Shown: positions 12,186-25,625 of the stretch, one piece after another
Position numbering within the stretch: position 1 is the stretch's first letter
Layout: every line of letters begins with the position of its first letter
NCBI GenBank assembly: GCA_964016885.1
Contig: OZ024742.1
Span: 229,586,001-229,650,000 of the forward strand
Source: Eledone cirrhosa
Lineage: Eukaryota
DNA: 64,000 nt
Direction of reading: 5' to 3'
Notes under the pieces: model-generated
The model's input: only the letters and a program-made list of their open reading frames with translations
The model's database searches: none
Told to the model about the DNA's origin: nothing
Position numbers and translations under genes: made by a program

Positions 12186-14181
12186 ATGTTAACAAATTTA
12201 CGAAGAAAGAAAAACATGGCCGAGCCACGACCCCCAACGATATGTCGACTGTCGTGCGACAACGACGTAGAAGTTGAGAGGAGCGCTACAGCGAAATTAA
12301 CACACATTGATAACACAAACACCACCACAAACAAGGTAAACAAAGACACCAATGATACCAATAAGAACACTAATTTTGAAAAAAATGACAGTAACAGCGA
12401 CAACGAAAATACAGATAACAAAAAAAAAAATAACAAATACAACAACAATATCAACACCACTAACATGGAAACAAATAGCGACAACACCAACAGCAACAAT
12501 ACCAACTGCACCGAGAACAACGGTGGCAACAAAGACAACAATGATAACAGCGACAGTGCTAACAACAACACCAACAAGAACAACGTCAACAACACCCCCA
12601 ACGAAAACAAGACCACTTTCGCTGCGACAGCAGCAAAAAAGAGGCCATGCTTCAACATGGACCTCTCAAACAAAGATGAAAAGTTGGCCCAGGCATGGAA
12701 GCTCATCAAACAAGAGCAAACTTGGGCCAACTTAACTGTCCCGGTAGAAGCTATTGAGGCAGTGGAGCGCAAAACGGTGCATTATAGATGCATCTCAGCA
12801 CAAACCAAAAGGGCAGCGTTAATCCCACAAGAAGATATCGAAGTCGCGCTGAGGTGCATCAGAGAAGACACCCAGTACATAGAGAGGGGCAGACAGTACG
12901 GCACCATTTCGGTGTTGTTCACGTCAGAAGCCCTCGCGATGAAACACGCCATGACTCCTTGCAAAACCAGCATGTACCACTCCCACATGGGAAAAAGAAC
13001 GGCCCGTCTCCGCATTCCCAGAATCCCACCAGGACTTGACATGTGGTGGCTTCTGGGATGTGTGATTGTGGAGGGGACAGATGCAGTCCCTATAGAAGTG
13101 ACCAGAACGGCCAGAGAGGACTGGTCCGGGGTTGACCTGGAGATCCTTCTCCAGATCAGGCCCGAGAATGTGAAGACAATCCCAGACCACATCCGCCTTC
13201 AGAATGGGACTGTCATTCACATTATGACCGAAGGCAAAAGGCCGCAGTGTTTTGTTTGTTGGGAAAAAACCCTTTTGCGAGCCTTCTGCCCTCAACTGCT
13301 GAAAGAGGCAAGGGGTCGAAAGGCTCCACTGCTGCCGACGCCGGGGCGACGACCACAACCAACACCTGCACCGGCAAAACCACCAACAACAACACCAATA
13401 GAAAGACCACCACCAACATTGACCACCCAGGGAGGAAACGAGGAAACCTGTCAAATTCCCCCTCCCCCACAAAATACACACACCGATAAAACCTTAAACA
13501 TACATACAGACATACTTACAGAAACAGACCCCTAATCTACCAGTAGTGAAAATGAGGGAAATCCAAAATCCCCCAAAATACACAAAAGGAAACACAAAAA
13601 TAAAAAAAAAAAACTCAACAAAGCACAAAAGCACCCACAATAAAAAACGCAGACACCACCCACGCAAACATCTCTCCAATAACACCAACATCAACACCAC
13701 CATCACCATCACCAGAATCCCCCAAACGCAAACAACCGAAACAAACGGAAGAACAAATATACACACAAACATCTGAAACCACAGTCATCGCACTCACAAC
13801 AAACACAGATACAACCGAAACAACACCGCCAAAACCATCATCACCATAGCCACGCAAACAAATAAAATCACACCAACAAAACATAAAATTTGGTGCTCGT
13901 CAGGAGGGCCAACAAGGAACTGATGGCCCTCGTAGCACGAAGTGAAAATATACAAAAAGATGGGGAAATGTTTAAATCGAGCACATTTCGCGTGCCGGAA
14001 GATTTGGTTCTGGTGCGAATGTCGCTCGACATATTCAAAGAAATACGAGACAGCTTTCCTCGGGACGTGGGAACCCCGAACGTGGGAACCCCGAACGTAA
14101 AACCAACTTCAAGACTTTTAAAGAAACCCCACTAACTATGGAGGTCGAACAATCCGACATTCACAAGAGCCCGGAAGGTAA
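12186..14181 (+). pseudogene. Tx1-A ORF1 (gag-like; Asn/Thr-rich N-terminus, degenerate CCHC knuckle), disrupted
   Basis: The 449-aa ORF has GRQYGT and GKRPQCFVC...RAFCPQ, homologous to 58337-59785. The C-terminal part matches 4657-4944. Confidence 0.8.
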
Positions 14182-14216
14182 GTAAACCTTCCTCTTTCTC
14201 TGTTTAACCTGCCAAC

Positions 14217-17207
14217 ATGGCCGTATTAAGAGTAGGATGTTTAAATGTTCGAGGCCTGGGATCGTCCTGGAAGCAGGGTCACCTGCTCAGCGACCTCAGG
14301 TCTATAGAAATGGATGCAATTGCAGTCAGCGAGACCATGATTTCCGACACGCGCGCACTAGCCCCCATTTTCGACGACTATCAGATCTTTGCATCTGTTA
14401 GCCAGCCGGTATTGAGAGGCGGGGTGGCAGTGCTGTTTAGGAAAGGCCTGGATCTCGAGGTAAGGTCGATCTTCCGGGACCCGGACGGGAAGTTGGTGGT
14501 CCTGGACGTGAACAATAATGAAGATTGGTGGCCGTCTATGCTCATACTGGGGCAGGACGGCCGGACTTCTTTAGACGCCTGGAAGCCTTTCTGGGTACGT
14601 CTCGCCCTTTACTGTTAGCGGGGGACTGGAACGGCATCTTAGACGCACGCTGGGACTGTGTGGGAGTATCCGATAGGAGACGGGGGTGCAAAAGCCTCAA
14701 AAACCTGATCAGCCAGTTCCAACTGTTTGACATGTACCGACTAGATTTCCCTAATGCGCCAGTGTGGACCTGGGCTAACCGCATAGGGTCATCTAGATCG
14801 TATATAGACATGATATCCATTAGGAAAATAGACAGAAATAGTGAAAGCTGTCCACGTTTTGAAACGGTCGCCTATTCAGATCACAAGTTTGTGATCTGTA
14901 TGGGCGACCTAGATAAGACGCGTAGGTTACTGGAAGCTAAACATGTCATTTCCGGCACGTAAGGCTTACAGGGACCAGGTCAACAATTTAGTTAAGCAAA
15001 AGTTGACAGGGAGGTGGGATCATTAACAACAGATGGTGGGAGGCTCTCAAAGGAGAGATTAGAGTAATGTCGATAGAGTTTAGCAAAGAAGTAGCATTAG
15101 AGAAAAATAGAAAGGAGGGAGAGTTGGTAGATAAGTTAGACGAGGCTATTGGTAGTGGCATTGCAACTGATGGGCTAGCGGCGAGAATGGCATTAGACCA
15201 TTTCTTCAATGCGAAACACGAAGGTTGCATTGTCAGTGCTAAGGCGCGCGCTCTGAGAAACGATGGAACCAAAGCTGTTCGATGGGCCCGCGTGTCAGAG
15301 GCACAGCGTGGAAATAAAACCACGATTCGGTCTTTGACGGACCGAGACGGGCTCGAACTGAACGATTCCAAGAGGATGTGTGAAGCCTTTCGCCAACATT
15401 TTGCTCGGTTGTTCGGGGGAAGTGGCGGACTTCAGTCCCTACCTCGATGGATTGCCGCAACTCTCGACGGCTGACGCTGGGCGCTGCGAAAGGCCAATTA
15501 CTTCAGCCGAGATTCAGGACGCCCTTGTAGGCTGCATGAGGCGCAAGTTACCCGGTTTGGATAGTCTGCCCTACGAGCTTTACGTAAATATGCCAGACTT
15601 GTTCTCCAATCTCCTCGAAGCCCTCTACCGCAACTGGCAGCAAAACGGGAGTATTCCCAGTTCTGTGAGCCGGGGCGTAGTGACGCCGATAAGGAAAGAC
15701 GAGAACAAGAGCGACACATTAGACAATTTCAGGCCCATAACTCTGCTCAACACAGAGTTTAAGATTTTGGCCAGTGTGTTAGCTTGTCGTCGGGAATTTG
15801 GTTGGGGAGGCGCAAACTTGCGCAATCCCAACCAGGTCCATACACGACAACCTCCACCTAATGCGATACATCATAGAGAGGGTAGGGTGTAAACCTGGCT
15901 TCGGTGGGGCTCTGATCAATTTAGATCAATCGAAAGCATTCGATAGGGTCGACCATCGGTACCTGGAGGCTGTCCTCAAGGCGGCTATCTTCGACCCCGT
16001 CTTCAGAAGCTGGATCGCTGCAATGCACAGCGGCACCTGCTCGATGGTCAAAATTAATGGCCACCTCTCAGTGGATAAGAATTGGGACGAGGTGACGGGC
16101 AGGATAGTCAGTCTCACACAGAAATGGGCTGGGATCAAGCTATCACTGAATGGTCGGGCGGAGGTGGCGAACGCGTACATCGCGTCCGTCCTCTACTACC
16201 GTCTGACTGTCGTCCCTTGACTCCGTTCGCGCCTCGCCATCTTGGAGCGGCTCCTCTTCAAATTCTTGTGGAGAGGTCAGGTTCCGCTGGTGAGGCGCTC
16301 CATCTGCTGCCAGCACCCTCTACGTGGAGGGCTGGGCATGCCGTGGCTAAGATGCGCAGGCACGCGCTGAGGCTGCGGCATCTCCAGATATTCTGCCTAA
16401 ACGGTGAACAGGTGCGGTCGCCGTTTGTCAGACAGGCCTTTCCGCAGCTCGTTTCTTTGACCGAGTTGCAGTCCTGGGTCAAGAAGAGACAGAGACTGGG
16501 TGACTGGCATCTGGAATGTTGCCAGGCTCACACTGCCCTCTACCAGGCGGGCAATGCGGTCAGTGGAACTTCCACTCTCGAGTTCTATAGAAGATTAGTG
16601 GTGGGCAAGTGCGACGACGCACTCGGAGAGGCTCTGGAAGTCAACGAAGTCGAACTAACCAGTCTGTACCGGAGGACTTTCGAGCCTGGGACGATGGATA
16701 ATTTCAAAAAATCCCTCGCTTGGCAGTGCCACCGGGGGCACTGCCGGTTCGAGATAAACTATACAGGCACGCAAGTGCTGTCAGACGGACCTGCCCGAGA
16801 TGCGCGCAGAGCGACGAAACCGTTCTGCACCACTCGTCCAGTGTCCGTGCATTACTGACTTGTGGAGTTATGTTGAAGAGCTGTTGTCGCGTGTAGAACG
16901 GATCCGGCTATCAGCCGAGTCCATAGTGAAGATCGACCCGCCGCCTTCTTTTGGCTAGGAAGGGCAGGCAATTTTCCTCTGTCTGGTGGAAGTAGCGAAA
17001 GAGGTTGTATGGTGGACGAGGTTGAAAGGACGGAAGACAGACACTTTTCTCTTCGGCCAATCCCTCATCAACTTTTTCAAGTTTCACTTGGAAAGGAAGG
17101 TAAGGGTGGAGAGAAAAGTGCTGCCCCCCAGTACATTTGCTGAAAGGTGGGTGAATGTGGCGAGAATGGCCCGTGTGAGTGGGCCTACTCTGGTCATGCG
17201 GCTGTAG
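14217..17207 (+). pseudogene. Tx1-A ORF2 (APE-RT), frameshifted, RT core deleted
   Basis: MAVLRVGCLNVRGL, GDWN, SDHK, NFRPITLLN and KAFDRVDH are present. The QG/YADD segment is missing. Confidence 0.9.
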
Positions 17208-17940
17208 GTAGGTAAATTTGAAGAGGAGAGGGGTGCCCTTCCAGGGTGCTCTCGAAGCGTTGGGTCGTTCAGGACTGGTGGGGTACCTGAGCGAACCCTA
17301 GGTGGTCATCCCCCCTATTGGGGAATTTTTTTCTTGTTTTAATTTTATTGTTACTTTACTGTTACTTTGTTATTGTTACTTTGTTTATTCATATTGTTTA
17401 CTCGATTTTTCTGTAAAACCCCACTGTCCCAGTCTTTTGTATTGTCCCCTATATGTCGGCCCTTGTGGCCAATAAATGAAATCATTATTATTATTATTAT
17501 ATTTGATGTTATAGTTGTATTTATTGTGATAATACTAATAATTATTATTATTGCCTTAGATATTTTGAAACACCCAGTAGTCAATCCTTTGATTTCCAGA
17601 CCTCATACATAAAATAACAACGCTACCAGACAATTATCTTCTAGCTCATTATCCTTACATTAGTCACTTTAGTGGTACATTTGTGACTTATATTCCCATT
17701 TGCGACATTATTATCGTTACATCAAAGGTTCTTTTCCTCTGTAATGCCGACTTTGAGACGGCTGATTAGCAGAGTAGTTAGAACCTCATATATAAAGCTT
17801 TGCAGTAATCAATTTGACTGTTTTCTGTCCTCATTTCAATTCCTGTAATTATCAATTTATATTTCATCCTTTCGACGTGGATAAATAAAGTAGTCGCCCA
17901 GTACTGGTGTCGGGTTTTCTTCTATATGTCTCACTAAGAT

Positions 17941-18147
17941 GGCCGACTGAATACACAGGTGTGTTTTTTTTCTCGTTTTCCCCGTCGCCCCTTCTCTTCA
18001 ATAATTATTTTCTCAAATCCTGCCGAGGTTAACTTTGCTTTTCATCCTTGCAGGATCGATAAAATAAAGTACCAGTAATGCACTGGTTTATTGTGGCCTT
18101 GTGCCAGAAGTAGAAACAATTATTTTCTATTTATCTTCTATTTCTAA
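17941..18147 (+). repeat. Second copy of the 10345-10552 segment, including the truncated SINE
   Basis: GGCCGACTGAATACACAGGTGTG...TCTTCTATTTCTAA at both loci. Confidence 0.85.
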
Positions 18148-18230
18148 TAGTGCCCCAAACTAGTGCCCCAAACGTTAAGTTACTCTTCCTGCTATTTCAA
18201 TCGTCAAACTAATATATTTCTTCCATGCAA

Positions 18231-18299
<69 letters not shown>

Positions 18300-18393
18300 T
18301 TAGAAAGTGAACAAAATAAAATATGACTACTCCATTACCAAAGTTTTCTGGATCCCAGACAATAATAATATACGTCTGGATCGAGCATAACAT

Positions 18394-18462
18394 CTCTGTC
18401 TGACGAGTGATCCAGACATGTTATTATTATTATCTGGGATCCAGAAACCTTTGGTAATGGAG
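18394..18462 (+). ncRNA. Type I hammerhead ribozyme motif
   Basis: CTCTGT-CTGACGA-[GATCC..GGATC stem II]-GAAA-CCtttGG-TA-ATGGAG. Stem I CTCTGT/ATGGAG pairs using two G-U pairs. Confidence 0.7.
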
Positions 18463-18567
18463 TAGTTATATTTTGTGTTCTTCACTTTCTAATTAAATAG
18501 CTCTGGTCTATACATAGAGCACGCTTTTTTTTCCTTTGCTTTTCCATCGGAATTACCTAACACATAA

Positions 18568-18679
<112 letters not shown>

Positions 18680-18696
18680 TATATGTGTGTGTGTGT

Positions 18697-18925
18697 ACGA
18701 AAACAGAAACAAATTCAAGGTACGTCCAATAATCTATCATATATCTCAACCCCAAAATATGCGGAAACATACAACATTATTCACAAGAACATCCCACTAT
18801 TGAAACAAGACCCAAGAATGAAAAAAGCACTTGAAACACACAGAATAATAAAAAGCAAAAGAACCGAAATCACTAAAAACATTACTCACCAATGCCAAAC
18901 CCACAAGCAACTGTCAAAAAATGTA
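18697..18925 (+). mobile_element. Penelope-like element coding remnant (RT to GIY-YIG linker)
   Basis: [37 protein letters not shown] followed by a frameshifted PKSLKTLLT, resembling PLE linker sequence. Confidence 0.7.
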
Positions 18926-18938
18926 GTTGCTCTAATTA

Positions 18939-19365
18939 TATTTATCGTTTTCGGTGCGCCGGCCGACTAACTCACTCGATATGCAAATTAGGCTGCTCAG
19001 CCGTTAATATGCATAAGGAAAGTATATACTTTCCAACGTTCAATCATCTGACAGAAAGGTATACGTTGCTGACGATAGCTAATAACCTTGAAACTAGTAC
19101 ATCGTTCCTGTGTCAGTGTTGAACAAAAGGGCGACGATGGTTGCCGAGCACTGTATGGCGTAATTCAGGCTGTTTGTTTACAAACAAACCGAACATTATA
19201 ATGAATGTTTGGTAAACCCATACGTACATATATATATGTGTGCATGTATGTATATTTATATATACTACTGTACGTCTGTACACATATATGTATGTACGTA
19301 TACATACTTATATTTAAGTATCAACCATACTAAGAGTGAGAAATGAAATTTCGTTTCATTCTTTT
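18939..19365 (+). mobile_element. ~430-bp non-coding HHR-bearing repeat unit (PLE pLTR/retrozyme-like)
   Basis: Inverted homolog of 44525-44960. Followed by (TA)n. Confidence 0.75.
19064..19104 (+). ncRNA. Minimal hammerhead ribozyme motif, slightly mutated copy
   Basis: CGTTG-CTGACGA-TAGCTAATAACCTT-GAAA-CTAG-TA-CATCG. Confidence 0.7.
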
Positions 19366-20469
19366 CTATATATATATATATATATATATATATCCCACCT
19401 TCTCACACCCTCTGCCTTCTACCCCTTCTCTCTTCCGGTTCCTTCGTCTTTCTCTCTCTCTCTGCGCTGGCTTTCACTGAGAATAGACGTGGATTTACCT
19501 AGTTCCACTGTTATTATGGCCCCTGGGCTTAAACCCAACGGCTTTTTTAAAAGTTGATCTTATTTCTTCTCGGTTACACACTTATATGCCATTGTCCTAT
19601 GTTTTCCCCTTTTATCGGTATGTGCATTCCTTTTTTCCTTCCTATTATCTTCTCTCTTTTTTTCTTTCTTTCTCTCTCTTCGCTTTCTCTTCTTTCCCTA
19701 ATGGCTTTTTGATAGATAAAAGGCTATGGGGACGCCGAACCATCCCTGGCCCGTAATAGACAACTGACGAAAGTAATCTGTTCAAATCTTGTTTGTGTCG
19801 CCTTACCTTCTAACACTCGTTATCAGTAACCACACAGCCTCGTCTCCTTCAATCCATATTTTTGTATATAATATGTATATATATATATAGTGAAAAATGG
19901 AACGGGAACAAAACAGAGAGGCAGTACAAACAAATGTTTATTAGTTTCACGCTCTTGAGAGTGGGAGGGGGGGACAGGTAGGAGAGCTTGAGGGCCGAGG
20001 GGAAATAGCAGGGTGGGAGGAGGGGGATGAGAAAAAGTTTGAGGCGGGTGTGGAGTTGGTGGAGAAATGATCTCAGGCTGGGCATGGTGGGCGTGGAGTG
20101 AAAGCAGGGGGACGAATGAGAAGGGAGGTGTGTGATGCGGGGGGTTGAACGAAGGGGTGAGTGCGAAAGGTAGACAGAGACGGGGGAGGGAAAATCAAAC
20201 AGAAATAACGTAAGGAGAGGAGAGTATACACAGGAAAATCATAGACAAAAAATCATATATATATATATATATATTTATTAAAATAACAGATTAAAGTTTG
20301 AGGAAAGAATCGCTGCTTTCACCCTTAACGGGATCTTCTGAAACTAACAAAGTCAATCTGTGAACGCAGAAGTGAATATTTCAAAAACCGTTGCAACCGG
20401 AGGAAGACAGGAAGACGATACTTTGGTTCGTGGAAACGTTCCCTGGCAAAGAACGGGAAAAATCGAATA

Positions 20470-20553
20470 TAATTGTTTCTACTTTTGGCACAAGGCAAGC
20501 AATTACCCAGTACATTACTGGTACTTTATTTTATCGACCCCGTAAGGATGAAA
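20470..20553 (-). mobile_element. 5'-truncated SINE
   Basis: Reverse-complement SINE 3' half, flanked by GAAAAA(T)CGAATATAAT repeats. Confidence 0.8.
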
Positions 20554-20957
20554 AACGAATATAATACGTCATTAATAGGAGCGGTGAAAAACAATTACAC
20601 GCAAAGACAAAACCACGTTTATGGTATAAAAGAAGCCGTAGACTAAAATTCTATTAGGTGGTTCATGGAGACGTTCTCTGGCAATGAACGGAAAAAACGA
20701 AAATAATACGTCATATGTGTAGCGGGGAGAACAATTGCACGCAGAGACAAAACCACGTAAATGGTATAACTGATGTCGTAGACAAAAATTCTAACTAGGA
20801 AACCGAATGATTCTCGGCTTCAGAGTTAAGAATAAAATAAAGTTCAACAGTATCATGAAATGAAGTGTTTTTCTCAAAAACACAATACACAACCCAGCCC
20901 AGTAATTTAACCCACAACATCCTTACCACTAGGCCACGCGCGTCCATATATATATAT

Positions 20958-21886
20958 TTTCCTTTATCCTCCTCTACTTTTATTTAACTGATACCTTAAA
21001 ATATGTATCTTTCATATTTGTCTATAGAGATTGACGGAAAACCTAAGTCGTAGTACATTTCGTGCGGAAACATAAATGTATATATCATCTTTAAATAAAT
21101 GTAAAGATGACGTTCTTAATGCAAGATTAGTAAAATCTGTAACATACTTTTGAGTACTGGTACATCGATGATGTTGGACTGACGTCACTGTCGAAGCTTT
21201 AGATACTTGCATTTCCCACTATACATATATTTGTTGTTACTTTATCAACATTAGTGTTACATAAGCCATTTCATATAATCATATCTTTGCTATGTTGCAG
21301 TTTTTATCGTTGCAGACGCGCTCTTACTGCTACAACAGAGACTCTACTGTTCCGTTACCCACTTTACAGGCTTGTTAGCGGTTTACCAGGTTGTTAGTGG
21401 TTTTACGTCACATTAGCCACTTTATGGGTAGTTAGCGGCTTCTACGTTACATTAGTCTATTGTCGTTTCGTTATCTTAAGCAGCTTTATCGCAGCAACAG
21501 ATTTACCAAAACATCAATGCCTTTACATTTATTCCAGTAGTGTTGTCTGTACGCCAGCGTTTCATTAGTTATGTTTTCGTTACAACCGAACCAAACATCA
21601 TTCCAACTGAGCCAAACATCATTCATTTCACTGTTTTATCCGCCATTTCACCGCTTCGACAGTGACGTCAGTTCAACATCATCGATGTACCAGTACTCAA
21701 AAGTATGTTACAGATTTTACTACTCTTGCATTAAGAACGTCATCTTTACATTTATTTAAACATGATATATACATTTATGTTTCTGCACGAAAATTACTAC
21801 GACTTTGGTTTTCCGTCAATTTCTATAGACAAATATGAAAGATACATATTTTAAGGTAACAGTTAAGTAGAGGAGGATAAAGGAAA
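20958..21886. repeat. Inverted repeat with ~240-bp arms (20958-21198 and 21653-21886)
   Basis: TTTCCTTTATCCTCCTCTACTT...CACTGTCGAAGC is mirrored by GCTTCGACAGTG...AAGTAGAGGAGGATAAAGGAAA. Confidence 0.9.
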
Positions 21887-22519
21887 TGTGTTTTAAATTG
21901 AATGGAAACTGGTTCGCAGGATTTTATTTGCTTGGACATTGTCAACATCCCTATGTCTATTCGTATTAATAATAAATCAATATCTCTAATACATTTACAT
22001 CTACGTGAATCACTTTAAAACTTTAGAACCATTATAAATTCTGATAGATAGATGGATAAAGTTGGGTAACATATATTACGATATGAGAAACGAAATACAT
22101 GAAAAATTAAGGCGGCATCAGTTAAATGAGTTCCTAAAAGTAATCGCTAAATGCGTACTAATTTTAATTTTATAACACTCCCTTTCTTTTCATTTTGATG
22201 TTTGACTATATCAAATATTGATGATGGTGACAAGTTACAAATCACACAAACTTACTTGCTCCTACAAACATCGGTTATGTCGCGGATCGTTAATAATAAA
22301 ATATCAATATATATAACTGGTAATTGACATGAAAATAATTTTCGGAAAATTTCTCCTTAGTATATATAAAATGGAGTATGATATATCATGACAGTGATTT
22401 ATTGCATGATATGACATGATATAAATATAAGCTAAGTCGTATCTCTTTGCCGACATTTAACATGACACAGGATTAACTTTTATAATTACTACAAGAAAGT
22501 GAAATGAAATACCGTCGGT

Positions 22520-23105
22520 TTTAGCTTTGCCTTTCATCCTTATGGGGTCAACACAATAAAGTACCAGTAACGTACTGGGGTCGATTTAATTAACTTTCTT
22601 CTTCCCCCAAAATTGATGGTCTTGTGCCTGAATCAGAATTATTATTATAATTTAATTTTGTGTGAGTGTGTGTGTGTGGGGGGGGGGGGTCGATAAAAAC
22701 GAAACCACTACTATCTACCTCAGAAGAATGAAAAGCCAGGATTACCTCGCGGGGATTTGAAACCACAATGTAAAGATATTCTGAGTTCAAATCCTGTCGA
22801 GGTTAGCATTGCCTTTCATCCTTACGGAGATTTGAAACCAGAATGTAAAAGACTCGTAACTAAATGACGTAAAGCATTGTATCCAACCCCCATAAAGATT
22901 CTGCCAATCCACCGCCTTAAACTTTCGATTCAATAATAATTTCCGATTTAGGTACAAGGCTTGCAAATTGGGAGTGGGAAGAGAAGTCGATAATGTCGAC
23001 CTCAACACTTGATTAGTATATTATTTTATCTTGGTAAGGAAAAGTAAAGCTGACCTCAATGGGATTTGAAACAAGAACATACAGATGCTTTAACGATTCT
23101 GCATT
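22520..23105. mobile_element. Cluster of degraded SINE fragments in both orientations
   Basis: Repeated GCCTTTCATCC, GAGTTCAAATCC and GGGATTTGAAAC pieces. Confidence 0.7.
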
Positions 23106-23404
23106 TACACTGTATTTTACTTTACACTTAATATGAAGAAAAACAACAACGAATATTTAGCTAATATTATGTGTCATGTAATAATTGAGAGCTTTTTACT
23201 ATAATGGTTCAACAAGTTTTGTATGTGATTTGTTTATTAGGGTGAAAAAGAAAATGATCTAAGCAAAGGTATGGTTGTGTGATAAAGGATTTCAATTTAC
23301 AATCATTTAGAGATATATGTGTCTGTGCTTGTGTGGGTGTGTCTATATATGAATACACAGTGACACTTATCTTATAATCTACAGTTGTTGTCTTCCTGTT
23401 TCTT

Positions 23405-23720
23405 CTACAACAACTACAACGGTCAACTACAACGGTACGCGATGGGGCCCACCCACAGCCCCGGCGGACAGAATGGAGAAGGCGTTCCCCCGAAGGACGG
23501 CGAGAGAGACGCGCTGGAAGAGCCACTCCAACTCGCGGGGCTCATACCTGCGGCTGGCCAGCTCAGCGCCTATGGTGGTGAGTAAGGAGGTAGCCCTGAG
23601 GCCGAGGACACCAGAAGTCTCCACTGCCAGAGGTACGACCGCAAACCTGTCGGAGAGCGACCGGTAGATGAGGAGTTTGGCCCCCTCAGCCCGACGTGCG
23701 GCAGAACCTGGGTCAGACAA
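23405..23720 (-). mobile_element. 3' fragment of a CRE-like (RLE) non-LTR element
   Basis: YRSLSDRFAVVPLAVETSGVLG...WLFQRVSLAVLRGNAFSIL, typical of the CRE endonuclease C-terminus. GC-rich relative to flanks. Confidence 0.7.
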
Positions 23721-24204
23721 ATTACATACAAAACTTGTTGAACCATTATAGTAAAAAGCTCTCATGCAGGCTGAAAGATAAAAAAAAAATTGAGAGCTCA
23801 TGCGAAGGCTTGAATTTAAATTCAAACATTGAAAGAAGCAGTTCTCAGCGTTAATATAACAATTTTAAGGAATCAAAAGGAGCAGATGCTGTGGACAGAT
23901 ATAATTAAAATCTGTCACCCAGAGCATAGGACTTTCAACTATAGATTATTATATTTGAGAAATCTTTCAAATAATTACATTAGATAAGCTGAAGTTTTGT
24001 TGGCTTTTAAAAATATTCTCATACAAGCACGCAATTATTCAACCGAAAGCTACGGTATTTTCAATCAATATACTTATTATTTCCGTGGGATATTTTCTTG
24101 GTTTTTTTCTAGAAAAGTAAAGACATTGCAGATTTCAAAGTTAGCTGATAATATCAAAGAAAACATATGAGTGTTGTACTATATATTATATTAAATAATG
24201 TCAG

Positions 24205-24428
24205 AGCAGTGGACTGTCAAACTATTTAGAGCGTAGGATAGAATGCTTTGCAATATTCGTTCTCGCTGCGTGCTCTCTGAGTTCAAATAACGCTGGGGCC
24301 AGATCTGCTTTTGGTCCTTTCCTGTTCGATAAAATAAAGCACCAGTTATGTAATGTGGTCGAAATAAATGGCTTTACAACCCTACACTACAAACATTGCT
24401 GACCTTATGTCCATGTTAAAAACCATTG
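24205..24428 (+). mobile_element. Old, degenerate SINE
   Basis: TCTGAGTTCAAAT, TCGATAAAATAAAGCACCAGT and GCTGACCTTATGTC motifs in SINE order. Confidence 0.65.
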
Positions 24429-24659
24429 TATTGAATCATTTACACACTTATTTATTTGATATCTTGTGGATATGATTTATGGTTTTATTATCAACTGATT
24501 TTACCTTGAATGCAATGGTAGTTTGTACTCACGTTGATCATCATCATCAAAACCCAATCAATGATAGTACATCTACTATTAGATAGGAAAGACAAGAAAT
24601 TAATTCATGCATAAAACATAAAATTCATGCATAACAAGATAAAACAATAATATTAAACA

Positions 24660-25625
24660 AGAAACCAAATAATTACTACGTGATATTAATGAAATTGGAG
24701 AAGCATATTTACGAAAAATTAAAGTCCCCAACATTTTGGCAAATCAACGTCTATCTATAGACCCTGGCAGTAAGAGCGAAACATTATCTTGGTGATAACA
24801 GAGATGTTCACAGAAAAAATACACCACAAAAATGCCATCATATATTACAAAAATAGAAGATTGCTGACCTACGGGAAACTATAGGATATGTGACAATGCT
24901 CTTTACATGCAAACAAAAACCCCAAAAACTACACTCCTCACCAACAACATAGATATGATGTTTTGAGACAGTAAAACCTAACTCCTCAAACAAGTTGATC
25001 ATATCCAAATAAGAATTGTGAGCTATCCGCGAGTAACTTCGAAAACAGAAGAGGGTAGCTGAAAGAAAAATAAGTAATAAAGCATTCAGCCGAAACGAAA
25101 CATCACTCTACAGAGATTTGAAGGCCAAATAAAAAAATGTCACTGAGGCTCCATCTGGAGAAAAATCTGGGGCGAAGAAAAAAATTCAACCAAGATGCAG
25201 TATGGCCGAAAGAGACCCAAGCGAACTATTGTCCCTGCACTACAACAAAAACATACATCAATGATGATACACTTCAGACTGTCATAGAAAACTCCAAGAT
25301 AAGAAAGCACCAGGAAGAGACTTGACTGTCGGCTACTGGTACAAACAACTAACTTTCTATCAGATGTATCTTATCAAACTCTACATGCAAGCTCTCAAGG
25401 GAGATGTACGTATATCTGGGTGCTTGACACTAACAGAAACAATATGGGGCCCCAAAAAGAAAGTTTTCCAATTGGCAAAAACTACCGACCCATTGCATGC
25501 CAGAACCTAATGCATATAATGTTTACAGCCTGGCTGAAATCATTGCTCCAAAATCACTGTCACCATAATGATATCATTACAGATAAGCAAGCAGCTTGGA
25601 AGAAAGGAGGCGGGGTGTGTGCTGA
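24660..25625 (+). mobile_element. Highly decayed non-LTR RT fragment (R4/Dong-like)
   Basis: GYWYKQL, KNYRPIACQNLM and NDIITDKQAAWKKG remnants. Confidence 0.6.

Larger units (their letters stand above)
12011..17501 (+). mobile_element. Tx1-clade LINE, subfamily A, copy 2, with both termini, decayed
   Basis: Begins GGTCTAAGCGG immediately after (TTA)n. Contains ORF1, ORF2, 3' UTR and a (TTA)n tail. Confidence 0.9.
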
